Shown here: in pieces, positions 1-13,210 of the stretch
Position numbering within the stretch: the first letter of the stretch is position 1
Layout of the letters: the number at the start of each line of letters is the position of its first letter
NCBI GenBank assembly: GCA_964016885.1
Contig: OZ024758.1
Span: 3,162,001 to 3,226,000 of the forward strand
Length of the DNA: 64,000 nucleotides
From: Eledone cirrhosa
Taxonomy: Eukaryota
Direction of reading: 5' to 3'
The notes under the pieces: model-generated
Told to the model about the DNA's origin: nothing
The model's input: the letters and a program-made list of their open reading frames with translations, nothing else
Database searches by the model: none
Translations under genes and position numbers: made by a program

Positions 1-273
1 ATGCCTGTGCCGTGAAAGCTTTTATAGTGAGCAAAGGCACTGCACAAAGCCAGTCCCACACTCTTAACCAAGATGATATTTACCAAAAAGAATAACAAGT
101 CAACATCATTGGATACCATCAGAGTCGCAGGTGTTATATCAAAGTTTTCCTTCTCCTAGAATTCTGCCTTGCATTCACACATACATACAATCATACATAC
201 GCCCTTACGTATATAGATATATACATATGTATATCTATATATATATATATATATACGTACATGCACAAATACC

Positions 274-324
<51 letters not shown>

Positions 325-477
325 ACATTGATGCATACATGCGAAAATGCGCATAGTACTATTTTCGTTTCCTCCTTATACACCCCCCCCCCCCGCATAT
401 CTATATATATATATATATATATAAAATGTATAAATATATGTAGTCATGTGTATCCTTATATATATATATATATATAT

Positions 478-877
478 ATCAAAAGATGGTTAAAAGTGTT
501 CCAAGTATTTTATTATGCGCATTTCAAAAACAAATATCATCATGGGATGATATCTGCGTTCTCATCAAATAAAATAGGGAGACATGATATGAAGCTTAAA
601 AAACACTTGTGATTAGTGAAGTTTTAAATCAACTAATTACTTAACTATTCTCAAGTGTTTTTTAAGCTTTATATCATGTTTCCCTATTGTATCTGATGAG
701 AACGCAGACATCCCATGACGATATTTGTTTTTGAACTGCGCATAATAAAACACTTGGAACTGTTTTAACCATCTTTTGATCTTATAGTATTTATACTCCA
801 GTCCTACAAACTTTAGAGTGCTACTTATCCGATATTTGCATTGCTTTATTGTGCTACAATAAAACTCACCTCCTACA

Positions 878-880
<3 letters not shown>
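478..880. mobile_element. Penelope-like pLTR-derived foldback element, family A copy 1 (about 145-bp inverted arms plus 100-bp tail), flanked by (TA)n
   Basis: Arm 478-~622 is the reverse complement of ~640-780. Second copy at 8971-9294. Each arm has a hammerhead-like core with one core substitution (+: CTGATGA 693-699...GAAC; -: TTGATGA...GAAATGCGCATA). Confidence 0.7.
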
Positions 881-926
<46 letters not shown>

Positions 927-1473
927 TTATGTGAGTATGTATATTCGCTCGCACTCATATATATGTACATATGGAAGTATATCTGTATATGTATGCAACG
1001 TATAAAACACTTATATAATATAAACTCTATATTTCATATGACGCAACAATTCTATACGGGAAGAGGTTAAAATGCCATGGAATATATTTATCATACTCTC
1101 TGAAGAGTGTTGATGATTATTTCCTGGTTTCAATAGAAAGAAGGAAATTGCATGAATATTTTATATTGACGTCATTAACAATAAATATTCTTATATACTT
1201 ATTCTAGGTGGTACAAAATACATGAAGTTAGACACTACTCTAAAAGACATCTATAAATAGTAGCAAATATATTCGACACAATTACTATTCATCTATGGAG
1301 GATAATTACATTTTTATACGTCTTCACGTAAAGTACATTCCATAATGTATTTCTTTATCTTATTAACAATAATCTATCGACACCGCAGTGAATTAAAAGT
1401 GAAATTACACTTATATGTCATATGTTGAAATTTTGCATTATTAGAAATTGCTTTAAATGCGTATCATCTAGAT

Positions 1474-1763
1474 CATTCATAGGCAACCTGCGGCCAGCGA
1501 AGCTTTCTAAATGGCTCGCCTACGTCACCTAAGTGAAATCCTTCTAATTTTTTACCCTAACCTTTCAGTCATAATTTATCTTTCTATCATTATTACGATC
1601 GAGGAAAACAACGTGTACGAATTCTAAGGAAACAAATCAAAACAATCTGAGTTACACCCTTTTTTTAAATGTGGGCACTAATGTAAATTAACCCTTGCGG
1701 CCCACCTGATGATCAGCAATATATCATGCGGCCCCACTTCTCGAAAAAGGTTGCCCACACCTG
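1474..1763. mobile_element. hAT-Charlie-type MITE (290 bp)
   Basis: TIRs cattcataggcaacc / ggttgcccacacctg. Identical 8-bp TSD ATCTAGAT at 1466-1473 and 1764-1771; NTCTAGAN is the Charlie target consensus. Confidence 0.8.
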
Positions 1764-2631
1764 ATCTAGATGTTCTCTTGTCATCCCTTCAAGTATATAA
1801 CATATTGATGAAGCCACTCCATGCTTCATTCTATACAGTACAGCTGTCGGTGTATATCATTAAATCTATATTAACCATATGTCTACTGTTGATGACATAG
1901 TACATAATTTACTCTATATAATGATTGCTACACCTAAAAGAGATAACTAAACTGAACATATCGAAACATGAAATATCCCCATTCTCTACCGTTCCTTTCC
2001 AGGGTTTTCTGAACTTTCATTCATATTAATTCTTCATATCAGTAGTTTCCACCGAACCCAAGTGTTTCGGAAAGGAGCATGTGCGATTTCGTGAAAAAAA
2101 AGGGTAGAGGAGAATTTATATTACAACCACATAACAGTCTTAGATGTTGGAGTTCCCTTGCGTTTTAATCACTTACTCTCAGCTTCGACTTGAGTGAGTT
2201 AAAATGGCTTAACATCTATTTAAAATAGTTTAGGTGTTTAGAGTATCAGGAATGCCTCATTAATCTCTTCAAAGATTTCTACAACAATGGTGTGGTTGAC
2301 ATATAATGTGATCCGCTTAAACATCTGTAGGTATTATAACTTTGAGAAACATTTTGCTGTTCATAAACACAAAACCTAGCAATCCTGGTGTTGAAGATAG
2401 ACCATTACAAGTTAATTTGATAATATTTTAATGATGTGCGATATACTTGTTGTAAAACAACTAAAGGGAAATTTGATTTGTATGGCTGAAAAAATAATTA
2501 TTAATTCAAATACTCAAGAAAATTAAGTAGGGGAACATTTCAGTGATAGTTGCCATGAATTCACAAGACAAAGTTTAGGTGATTTGAAGAAATCAACAAA
2601 GCCTTTCGCATTTATGTTGAGAAACTCGCAT

Positions 2632-2838
2632 CAATATCGGTAGAGCGTCGGATAATAAGCATTGTGTCATAGAGTTAAGCACCCTTACGATCTGGGTTCA
2701 AATTTTGTCGAGGTTAGCTTTGCCTTTCATTCTTACAGAGTCGATAAAATAAAATACCAGTAATACACTGGAGTCGCATTAATCAACTTTCTCCTTCCCC
2801 AAAATTGTTGGCCTTGCGCCGAAATCAGAAACCATTAT
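2632..2838 (+). mobile_element. tRNA-derived MetaSINE copy
   Basis: B-box-like GGGTTCAAAT followed by Meta-domain-like gcctttcattcttacagagtcgataaaataaaataccag and the family tail. Confidence 0.8.
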
Positions 2839-3019
2839 CTTCCTAATATCTGAAAAAATTCAATTGTGGTGATGATGTTGTCTAAAATATGCCGTGTGTC
2901 ACTTATATGATTTTTTTCAATGTTTCTATTTAGTTACCTCCTGTTTATGTCATGTGTGTGATAGATAAAGCATCATCAAACATACTACGCAGGTTTAAAT
3001 GGTTTGAAATGTAAGAAAT

Positions 3020-3320
3020 AATTGTTTCTACTTTTGGCACAAGTCCAGCATTTATACCAATGTATTACTCGTACTTTATTTTATCGACCACGAAATGTAG
3101 CAACTAATGGTTTCTGATATAGGCACAATGACAGCCATTTGGGGGAAGGGGAAAGTCAATTAAATCGACCCCAGTTTGTGAATGGTACTTTATTTTATCG
3201 ACCCCGTAAGGATGAAGGGTAAAGTTAACCTCAGCAGGATTTGAACGTAGATCATAAAGGGCCGTAACTCTATGCTACAAATCATGGTGTCCGACTCCCT
3301 ACCGATACTGTCAACCCACC
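3020..3320 (-). mobile_element. MetaSINE: full copy plus partial tail, with TSD
   Basis: Reverse-strand family sequence. Direct repeat gaaatgtaagaaat at 3006-3019 and 3321-3334. Confidence 0.8.
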
Positions 3321-4443
3321 GAAATGTAAGAAATGAGATCAATGTTAGTGAGTAGTTTTCAAAAGATCTTCGAATATATATTTAGGTTTTAAGCGATATC
3401 CTTCCAGTAATAATTAACTAAGCAGAATAGGTCGTAAATTAACTGATACATATTAACAGTCCCTCACTTTAGCGCATAACACACTTACACACAGACACAC
3501 ATATACACACACATTGCACTCACTCTATTGGTGAAGAACGCTACATGCATGATCTATTCCGAATATACTGTAGACTCGGTTGGTTCCCGGAGGTGGTGTG
3601 GTTGTAAAACTAATCTTTTAACATCACATTTGTACATATGTCTATAGATATGGTGCGCATATTAAATGAAGAAGTGTAAGTTTAATAAATGTTTAACAGC
3701 ATTTAACATTTATCATATACAATTATTTTCAATCATCGGATATATATTTACCATAATGAGGGGCAAAGATGTCAGTGAAAGATACACAATGCCACACAAA
3801 ATGTGTGAACACGTTTATGAATTTAATAGCAGATTGACGAAGTGTTGACGACATAAATAATAGACAACACTTATTCCAGAGTGAAGTATATATTTAACCT
3901 AGTGTAACAGATTAGTTTCTAAAATGGGCTTCGGAAATTCAGATATGTATTATTTACCTGAATGTTCGTAGAATACTTAATAGTAAGTAAGTTGACTGAC
4001 GTGTTATAGTCACGGGATGTTCTGCATGGAAACATTTCTGTAGTAAACGGAGATATTTCGAGTGAGCCGACGTGTTTATTTGATTATAATGATGTATCTA
4101 CTTCCATTTGGAAATCTTAAGCATGGTCAGCATCAGACATCTTGAAAAGTTGTTAAAATAAAAATGTAATGGGTGATGTCTCGTGAGACATATGCAGAAG
4201 AGTTACACATGTTGGTGTCAGTACCATTCCTATAACTTTCGGTGTATCATATTAAATTCCCATCAGATTATATTTAATGATATTTCATATAAAATTTGAT
4301 GTCTATTAGAAGGTTTAACATCTTTCTCTCTGTCCATCCCTCTCTCTATTTGTCCACGTCTCTCTCTTTTTATCACTTTATTATCCCCCCCCCCACATGT
4401 GTGTGTGTGTATATATATCTATATAATATATATATATATATTT

Positions 4444-4643
4444 ATATTTAATATAGAAATGGCTTCTACAGGGCTAGAACTGGTTCATTCGGGTGAAATC
4501 ATCAGGAAGCCCCTGATGATTTCTCCCGAATGAAACAGTTCTAGTCCCGTAGAAGTCATTTCTATATTAAATATTTATATCCTGCTATGTATTGAGTACC
4601 TTTCTTACTGAGGTTGAGGTTACTCATAATTGAACCCGGGATG

Positions 4644-4645
<2 letters not shown>
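4444..4645 (+). mobile_element. Foldback element family D copy 1 (about 130-bp hairpin plus tail), hammerhead-like core
   Basis: Near-perfect palindrome 4444-4574 centred on catcagg-aagcc-cctgatg. CTGATGA-t-ttc-tccc-gaa-t-GAAAC at 4513-4536. Flanked by (TA)n. Inverted copy at 5404-5590. Confidence 0.65.
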
Positions 4646-4689
<44 letters not shown>

Positions 4690-4698
<9 letters not shown>

Positions 4699-4747
4699 GG
4701 GAGTGTAACGTGAAGTTACATATATATATATAGATGCGCGCGCGCGC

Positions 4748-4786
<39 letters not shown>

Positions 4787-5225
4787 AGTGTGTGAGTGTG
4801 TGTGTATGCGCGTGTATGTAAAAGGACAAAAGGCAGCCAAACCAGTTGTCTAATTTGCTTCGAAACCTCGGTCCAACAATCATGTAATACTACCGGGCTC
4901 CAATTATTTAGGTGTCAACCAGGTTGTGTGTGTTCCATCATTATCCAATGAAATAATCAAATACACATATATAATTAATTGCTCTATAATATATCAATTA
5001 ATTCCAGCAATAATTCATTAATTCATATCATGTCGTAGATTTAGGTATAGATTTCTCTAAGGAAACATCTTTATCTAATACATAGCATATGATTGAATAT
5101 ATCGTGGCAGTCAGGGGAGACTACTAGCCATTAGCACGCAACTAAAATGGATAATCTACTTCATGACGAAAGTTGATTATATCTTCGGGGTTAATTTCCC
5201 TGTTATTTTACGAGTTTGCTAATAA
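4690..5225. mobile_element. Microsatellite-associated repeat fragment, possibly Penelope-related
   Basis: Contains GTTG...GAAAC-CTCG-GTC-CAAC (4845-4877), resembling the 3' half of a hammerhead. Lies between two family D copies. Confidence 0.3.
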
Positions 5226-5244
5226 TAACCTATCTATCTATATA

Positions 5245-5372
5245 GGAATACGTCAAGACCCCGGTGGATTAGTTCCGAGCGTTTCGAGAGTTAGTTCTGA
5301 ACTAGCTGTCGAAACGGACAAAGTATCAAGTACTCAGGTGCGTTTTGGTCCACCTTACCACACTTCCTTCGA
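5245..5372. mobile_element. Foldback element family E, degenerate copy
   Basis: Similar to 41252-41461 (aagacccc...gtttcga...gtcgaaacgg; ggtccacc; cttaccacacttccttcg). Confidence 0.55.
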
Positions 5373-5403
5373 TATCTCTCTCTCTCATATAGATATATAT
5401 ATA

Positions 5404-5685
<282 letters not shown>

Positions 5686-6018
5686 TTATGTGTGCGTGTG
5701 TGTGTGCGTGTGCGTGTGCGTGTGCGCGTGTGCGTGTGTATTGAATGTCAGGTGATTATATTTGTATGTGTTAATGTGTAGGTATGCGTTTCATGTAATA
5801 TATTATTTGTGTAGAATATATTATGTATTTTTGATATTCCAAATTTGTCACGTATTAGAGAAGGTGGGTTTCCTAATGGCCGGCTTTTACGCTTCATTTG
5901 GTAAAAGCATACATACTATCAACAGACTAAATAATTAAATTGACCAAATATAAAACTTCCCATAAAGTGTTAGGTTACAATATCTACGCCATCAATATAT
6001 TAATCTGAATACTATAAA

Positions 6019-6060
<42 letters not shown>

Positions 6061-6242
6061 CCCCCAATAAATCATAGAAAAGCAAGCATAATAAAATTAG
6101 GTTATATCAATTTTTTTATTGACATCAAACATTGTACATCAATAGATGTTCTTTTTTCAGGCCTGAAAATGCCATATGATTTTACTAGAAGTGCTTTTAG
6201 ATATGAAATCAGCACAGGCAGATTTCATATATATATATATAT

Positions 6243-6297
<55 letters not shown>

Positions 6298-6440
6298 CAT
6301 ATATATATATATATATATATTTCATATATATATATATATATTTCATATATATATATATATATATTTCATATATATATATATATATATTTCATATATATAT
6401 ATATATAGATTTCATATATATATATATTTCATATATATAT

Positions 6441-6475
<35 letters not shown>

Positions 6476-6964
6476 TTCTTGTAAATAAGATCTAATTGAA
6501 TATATATAAATATATATATATATATCATAGAAAGCACGAACAGTTATGACATAGCACAGTAACATATGTATACACACAGACTCATAGTAGTTTATGCGCA
6601 CATATATACACATATAGATGTATGTACGTGTGTGTATATATGTATTTTTACAGTGAATTTATAGAAAGTGTGTTGATTGCTGGTGACCGACAAAATGTCA
6701 GGTACAGGTAAGTTCAAATCATTATCTACCCAAATAGACAATTAAATTGAATCCTCAAGGAACAGAGCTTCCGTAATGTTCAAAGGATTTAATGCTATGA
6801 GGTGCTTTCAGTGACACTGTTTGATCTTAAAAAATATTAAGGACATTTTGATTACTGCTAGAAAATAATGTGCGCAATGGTGCTGGAATTAATATATGTG
6901 TAACTCATTTATAATTTCCTTATCGAAATCTCTTCGGATTTAAGTATTCACATTTATTATTATT

Positions 6965-7004
<40 letters not shown>

Positions 7005-7269
7005 CAAGTGTGAGTGTGTATGTGTGTGTATGTGTGTATATGTGTGTGGGCGTGCGTGCGCGCGCAAACACAAAGCAAGCTTTGTTTGGAAACGGCTATC
7101 TTATTTGAAACTTCGGTAGTTACTTTTGCTTCCGCCGTATTTGACTAAATAAAATTTACTTGTTATTTGCCCCATGTACGTCACAACTCATCCTCCTTTT
7201 CACTTTAGAGGTTTTCTTTTAAATCCCAACCAACAGACTAATTATATATATATATATATATAGTAATAA

Positions 7270-7376
7270 TAATAAATTTGAAGACTAACATCCAAAGAGG
7301 GCTCTTGTGAAACTCAGAAGATCCCGTTAAGGGTGAAAGCAGCGATTCTTTGCTTAAACTTGAATCTTTTATTTTA

Positions 7377-7378
<2 letters not shown>
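7270..7378 (+). mobile_element. Short (TA)n-flanked repeat family F, hammerhead-like variant
   Basis: cagaagatcccgttaagggtgaaagcagcgattctt also occurs at ~10062-10120. Core reads CAGAAGA-t-ccc-gttaa-ggg-t-GAAAG (non-canonical). Confidence 0.45.
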
Positions 7379-7413
<35 letters not shown>

Positions 7414-8970
7414 CATACATACACTACACTTTGATCTTAGCCACAAGTAGGTGAAGAAATACATATATATAGATATGTATCTATTTGTATGTGACTGTAG
7501 GTGCAAATATATGTGTATGCCACTGTTTCATGCCACTGTGTGTCTGCGTATATCGCCTTTTCTTCATATTTGAGTTAAAATTAGATTTCCTTTGTTTTGC
7601 CAACACAATACTAATATTTCTCATGTAGTATTTAGTTAATATTATTTTTCGTTGAGACTGCTGGATTCTTTGTACTGATATAGTCATGTATTTTCATCCA
7701 GTGTAATGTTATTTTCAAAATGATGACCAGAAACATACATATTTTACATTTCAATCTCAAGTATCGATCATGTAATAATAAGCAGCCAGTTCCAGACGTG
7801 AAATGAGGAATTTGATGGAAAAATAAGACAATGTTTTAAAAGATGATGAGATGGCGTGCTTCAGAGAGAAATATACTGGAGGAGCGTGAGAGGGGAAAAA
7901 AAGTGTGATATTATGTTCATGGGAGTAAATATGATTATTATAAAGAAATATGTCTGTGTGTGCGCGTCAGTGTTTGTGTGTATTTGTGTGAGTGTCTGTT
8001 TGTTGTGTATGTTGTTTGTTGTGTGTATCTCTTTGTTGTGTGTGTGTCTGTTTGCTGTGTGTGTGGATGGGAGTGTGAATAATGCAGTAGATTGAGATTT
8101 AGATATATTAAAGATGTTAAAATATGTAGAGACGAACTTGCAAGATTTATATTTTAACTGAATTTGTTCTCAACATATTTGAGCAGATTTAAATTTGATT
8201 TACCGAACAGATGCTGGAAATGTCTTCGGAATGTTTCCTCCTTCTCTCTCTCTGTCACACACTCTCTCTGTCACACACACTCTTTCTCCCTCTATTTACA
8301 CACACACACACTCACTCTGTATTTAGACACACACACAGTCTTTGTATTTACACACACACACGGCCTTGCATTTACGCACACACCCACACACACACACACT
8401 CTCTCTCTCTTAATCTGTTTACACATACCCATATACACACACATATACATATATATTTCAATTTGTTCCTTGTTTTTTTGTATTTATTTATTTGTGTGAT
8501 ATAGCTCGGATAGACAAACATAAAATAATAATATATATACAGGTACGGAGATAGAAAGAAATTCAGGATTGCCTTCCGGAATAAATAACACTATTAAAAA
8601 ACAAAAAAAAACGTTTAAATACGGTGGCGTTTAGTATATTGATGTGTGCGTTAATGTTGAGATGGTGGAGATTGTTGAGACGCAAATATAACGAGGGAAT
8701 TGAAATATGAATAAGAAAAATAGAGAAAACCCCAAAACAGTTATTGAGTTAGAAAGAGCAGCAAGGAATTGATTGAAGCTCATAAAAATATGAACTAAGT
8801 GTTAGGATCGGCTACAGGTAATTGGTAAATATAAGCAGATGGTAGGACCATATATATACATAATAACGAATAGAAGTGAAAATCAACATGTGCGTGTCTT
8901 TTTATTGGCACCATGACCCCTCCCCCCCACCAACAATTTATAACAATATATATATATATACATATATATT

Positions 8971-9290
8971 ATATAAGATCAAAAGATGGTTAAAAGAGTT
9001 CCATGTATTTTATTATGCGCATTTCAAAAACAAGTATCATCATGCGATGACATTTTCGTTTTCGTCAGATATGTCTCCCTATTTTATCATGTCTCCCTAG
9101 TTTATCTGACGAAAACGCAAATGTCATCGCATGATGATATTTGTTTTTTAAATGCGCATAATAAGATACATGGAACTCTTTTAACCATCTTTTGATCTTA
9201 TATATTATTTATACTCCAGTCCTACAACTGTAGAGTGCTATTTATCCGATATCTGCATTGCTTTATTGTACTACAATAAAACTCACCTCC

Positions 9291-9294
<4 letters not shown>
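8971..9294. mobile_element. Penelope-like pLTR-derived foldback element, family A copy 2
   Basis: Inverted arms 8971-~9070 and ~9103-9203. Same tail as 781-880. (TA)n on both sides. Confidence 0.7.
9008..9072 (-). ncRNA. Type I hammerhead ribozyme-like motif (family A)
   Basis: Minus strand reads CUGACGA, long stem II (AUGUCAUC-gcau-GAUGAUA), GAAA, palindromic stem III UGCGCA, UA cleavage site. Stem I is only 3 bp here. The + copy at 9101-9165 has a UUAU/AUAA stem I but GAAA is mutated to UAAA. Confidence 0.55.
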
Positions 9295-9344
<50 letters not shown>

Positions 9345-9581
9345 GTATATATAGTATAAAAGGAAATACAATGGAAGTGAAAAAGTAGATGCTTCCCTTC
9401 TATATATGCTAAGTATTTTCATAGAAAAGGTAAAGGAAAGAAAAGTGCTCTATGTATAGTACAGATATTTTGATATTAATTTCAAAAGTTATATCCAAGA
9501 CAAGACTATTTCATCGTCTAATTTCCTGAAACCGTTGGTAATAGAATAATTTTAATATGTTGTTAATTATATAATTATATA

Positions 9582-9618
<37 letters not shown>

Positions 9619-9737
9619 GAAGAAGCAGCTTCTGTTTTCTCAACACCATTTTGTTTCCTATAATGCTACATTTCGGAGGCAATAAATAGCATAATAGCTC
9701 AATCATGTCATTCGTCAAATAGGTAATTTTATTTTGG

Positions 9738-9945
9738 AAGATCGTATTTTGTACGGTACAATGCGATGAAGTATATAGTTATTTTGAATTGCCTCCAATC
9801 AGTATAAACATTTATTATTCCGCCTGTAGTTGATGGTTTTGTTTATTCAACAACAGGTGCAATAATAAACGTTAATACTGATTGGAGACAACTCTAAACA
9901 AATATATGCTACACGGAAGTCTACGGTACAGAAAGCGATCTTGTT
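9738..9945. repeat. Old imperfect inverted repeat (decayed foldback element)
   Basis: ttgcctccaatcagtat...cctgtagttga pairs with tcaacaacagg...atactgattggagacaa. Outer aagatcg / cgatctt. Confidence 0.6.
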
Positions 9946-10059
9946 AAATACGTAGTGATTTCAAGAAGATGACCAAGGAGATGAGACTCTTCGTTTCCCC
10001 GCTGTTCCTTCCAATCTTTTCCGCCCTCTATTTTGAATATAAATATTAATAATTATGCG

Positions 10060-10120
10060 TCACAGAAGATCCAGTTAAGGGTGAAAGCAGCGATTCTTAA
10101 ACTTTAATCCGTTATTTTAA
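10060..10120 (+). mobile_element. Family F copy 2
   Basis: Matches 7315-7378. Confidence 0.45.
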
Positions 10121-10286
10121 TATATATATATTATATATATATAATGTTCATTCTGTCATTACATCAGCAGGGGTCTTTCGATTACAGAGTCGGGCCAGAT
10201 CAATACAGATCGAACCTTGAGTTGATCAGTAACGAAACGCGCACCACCACTCAATGAACGTAATCAAGGCTTAACAAATCGTCCTT

Positions 10287-10288
<2 letters not shown>

Positions 10289-10327
<39 letters not shown>

Positions 10328-10384
10328 CATATATACATATACATATATATATACATATACATATACATATATATATACATATAC

Positions 10385-10415
<31 letters not shown>

Positions 10416-10565
10416 CATATATATATACATATACATATATATACACATATACATATATATATACACATATACATATATATATACACATATATATATACAC
10501 ATATATATATACACATATATATATACACATATATATATATACACATATATATATATATATACATG
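10289..10565. repeat. (TA)n/(TACA)n compound microsatellite
   Basis: Direct reading. Confidence 0.95.
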
Positions 10566-10573
10566 ACAGTTAT

Positions 10574-10780
10574 TTCATCATACCGAGAACAAATGTTTCA
10601 ATTTCTGCGGATCTTCAGATCGGACTGTGTCTGGCTGAGTCCGAGCTGAAGATCCGCATAAGGTGAAACATTTGTTCTCGGTATGATGAACAAACTATCG
10701 TATTACTACTTCTACCAAACTCGTCCCATGGACTGAGTGCTTTACTACTACGGATATAACCCTCCAGTGTTCTACCTTTA
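10574..10780 (+). mobile_element. Penelope-like foldback element family B copy 1
   Basis: Hairpin 10574-10690 plus tail ending in (TA)n. Second copy at 45842-46028. Confidence 0.7.
10641..10681 (+). ncRNA. Type I hammerhead ribozyme motif (family B)
   Basis: CCGAG-CUGAAGA-u-cc-gcauaa-gg-u-GAAAC-AUUU-GUU-CUCGG. Perfect 5-bp stem I (CCGAG/CUCGG), short stems II and III, GUU cleavage triplet at 10674-10676. Confidence 0.65.
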
Positions 10781-10789
10781 TATATATAG

Positions 10790-10834
<45 letters not shown>

Positions 10835-10875
10835 CATATGTGTATATTTATATATGCATGCCTGTTTTTAAATCA

Positions 10876-10915
<40 letters not shown>

Positions 10916-11264
10916 TATGTATACTCATCTCCCTTTCTCCCTATATATATATGTTTATCATAAATTGCGCAGTTTTATGACATCTGATCTAGATTGTGTA
11001 GTAATATAACCTGAAAACAAAACAAAGAAACAATACGAAATTTTCTATAAATTTCTCATACATATATCACTTTGTTTCTCGCGCCGTTCATTGTTTTCTC
11101 TTTTTACTCCTGCGATGAAGGAAGAGATAATACACAACAACACCTGTGCAAATGAATTCAGTTGAGAATGCACACATACATACAGACACACATACATACA
11201 TAAATACATACGTACATATGTATGTATATCTCCTTTATTTCTATCACTGTCTCACTCTCTTTCT

Positions 11265-11838
11265 ATATACATATACACACACACATACATACATACATAC
11301 ATACATACATACATACATACATACATACATACATACATACATACATACATACATACATACATACATACATACACATACATATATATACATACATACATAT
11401 ATATACATACATACATACATACATATATATACATACATACATACATATATATACATACATACATACATATACATACATACATATACATACATACATACAT
11501 ATACATACATATACATACATACATATATACATATACATACATACATATACATACATACATATACATACATACATACATAGATATATACATACATAGATAT
11601 ATATATACATACATACATACACACATATACACATATATACATATACACACATACCCATATATACATACCCATATATACATACACATATATACATACACAT
11701 ATACATATATATACACATATACATATATATACACATATACATATATATACACATATACATATATATACACATATATATATACACATATATACACATATAT
11801 ACACACATATATACACACATATATATATACACATATAT

Positions 11839-11925
<87 letters not shown>

Positions 11926-11958
11926 CATATACATACACACACATATATATATATATAT
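11265..11958. repeat. (TACA)n/(TA)n/(CA)n compound microsatellite
   Basis: Direct reading. Confidence 0.95.
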
Positions 11959-12102
11959 GGAGAATGTGAGAGAGAGGAAGAAAAAGAGTGAGAGGAAAGG
12001 AATTGACGTCTCACATATGAAATATAATATTTATTTATGCTGACTTATTAATAAAATGTTTAGCTATTTATGACTCAGTATGTATATATATACATGTCTC
12101 AG

Positions 12103-12153
<51 letters not shown>

Positions 12154-12399
12154 ACATATATCTATATACATGAAACACTCTCTTCTATATACTTTTTTTC
12201 TATCTCTCTCTGTCTCTACATGTATGTATAATCATACATGGAGTATATATTCTCGAAGTAGAATTTGCAATTTTTAAGACTTTTTTACTATAAATTAGCA
12301 ATTGAGCTTTGCGGGTGTCGGCTAAAACTGGGAATCGCAGGATCGATTGACAATGGTTGCATATCCTGGGACCCGGAAGATAGTCCATAAAGGCCGTTC

Positions 12400-13210
12400 C
12401 TTAGCAACTGTCAACTTGTATGTCACAAACCTTGAAGGTGAGTAGCAGTAACTAATGGAACATATCAGATTCTACATGATATATATATAGTCGCGCTTTC
12501 CTCATCAAAGTTCCGGTTCGATGGAGGTTGGATATTTCAATATTCAGTTATTGTGCCAGAAAGCAGCACACAGGTGGAAGTGGGGATTTCTAAACAACCC
12601 TAACTGCCGCGAAGCAGTTTTGAAGTTTAGGCTAACAGAATAAAATCTGTGTGTGATGCATAGAACCGGAATTTCTTAAAATCTCCCCTTTCATACCAAA
12701 GCTATGAAGGAAGAGCCATATCAATAATTTCATCCCATCTATAAGTAGTATTGTGGAGGTATGAGTCCTAGAGGTAAGTGTATAGTACTTACGATCATAA
12801 TGTCGTGGGTTCGATTCCTGGGTTGCGGGCTGTGTTCTTGAGAAAAACATTTCATTTCACGTTGCTCCAGTATACTCAACTTAAAATGAGTACCAGCAAT
12901 CGACAATCTGAATACAGATCATCCTTGCTGAAATCACTACAGGGTTAGATATGGTTAAGGTTATATCATATATACTAATGAGAAGCTTCACTACATATGT
13001 TGGTATTGAACACTTAACTTTGAACAGGGTGATGGCAAGGAGCAGTGAGCCCGATCTAAATACGAATGAGGAGGCTTTATTCTGTTTTGTAATATGCTTT
13101 TGATACTGAAGACCTTCCTCCAACAGAGAAAAATCCATAAACATACAGGGTATAAGGGAAATACAGAAGAGATCAATAATTGATTTTGTCATTGACTCTG
13201 GCCGTTTTGG
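12400..13210 (+). pseudogene. Decayed RTE-clade LINE apurinic endonuclease region, interrupted by an insertion at ~12660-12900
   Basis: Manual translation across frameshifts gives VTNLEG, IVALSS, DGGWIFQYS...EVGI, ILMRSFTTYVG...EPDLNTN, KTFLQQRKIHKHT and KRSIIDFVI. These are colinear with RTE EN motifs (WNV, GW...YSG, GDFNAHVG, PDLN, HKYTW, SIIDFV). Confidence 0.75.
12755..12900 (+). mobile_element. CORE-type tRNA SINE (partial)
   Basis: A box, GGTTCGATTCC B box, then gtgttcttgagaaaaacatttcatttcacgttgctccagtatactcaac...aatgagtacc. Confidence 0.75.

Noticed and set aside
328-954. Shared peptide IKRWLK.FQVFYYA.FKNKY in four ORFs
   Set aside because: Produced by family A inverted arms; no coding evidence.
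7108-7125. GAAAC-TTCG-GTA hammerhead 3' half
   Set aside because: No upstream CUGAnGA, no stem I and no second copy; could be chance.
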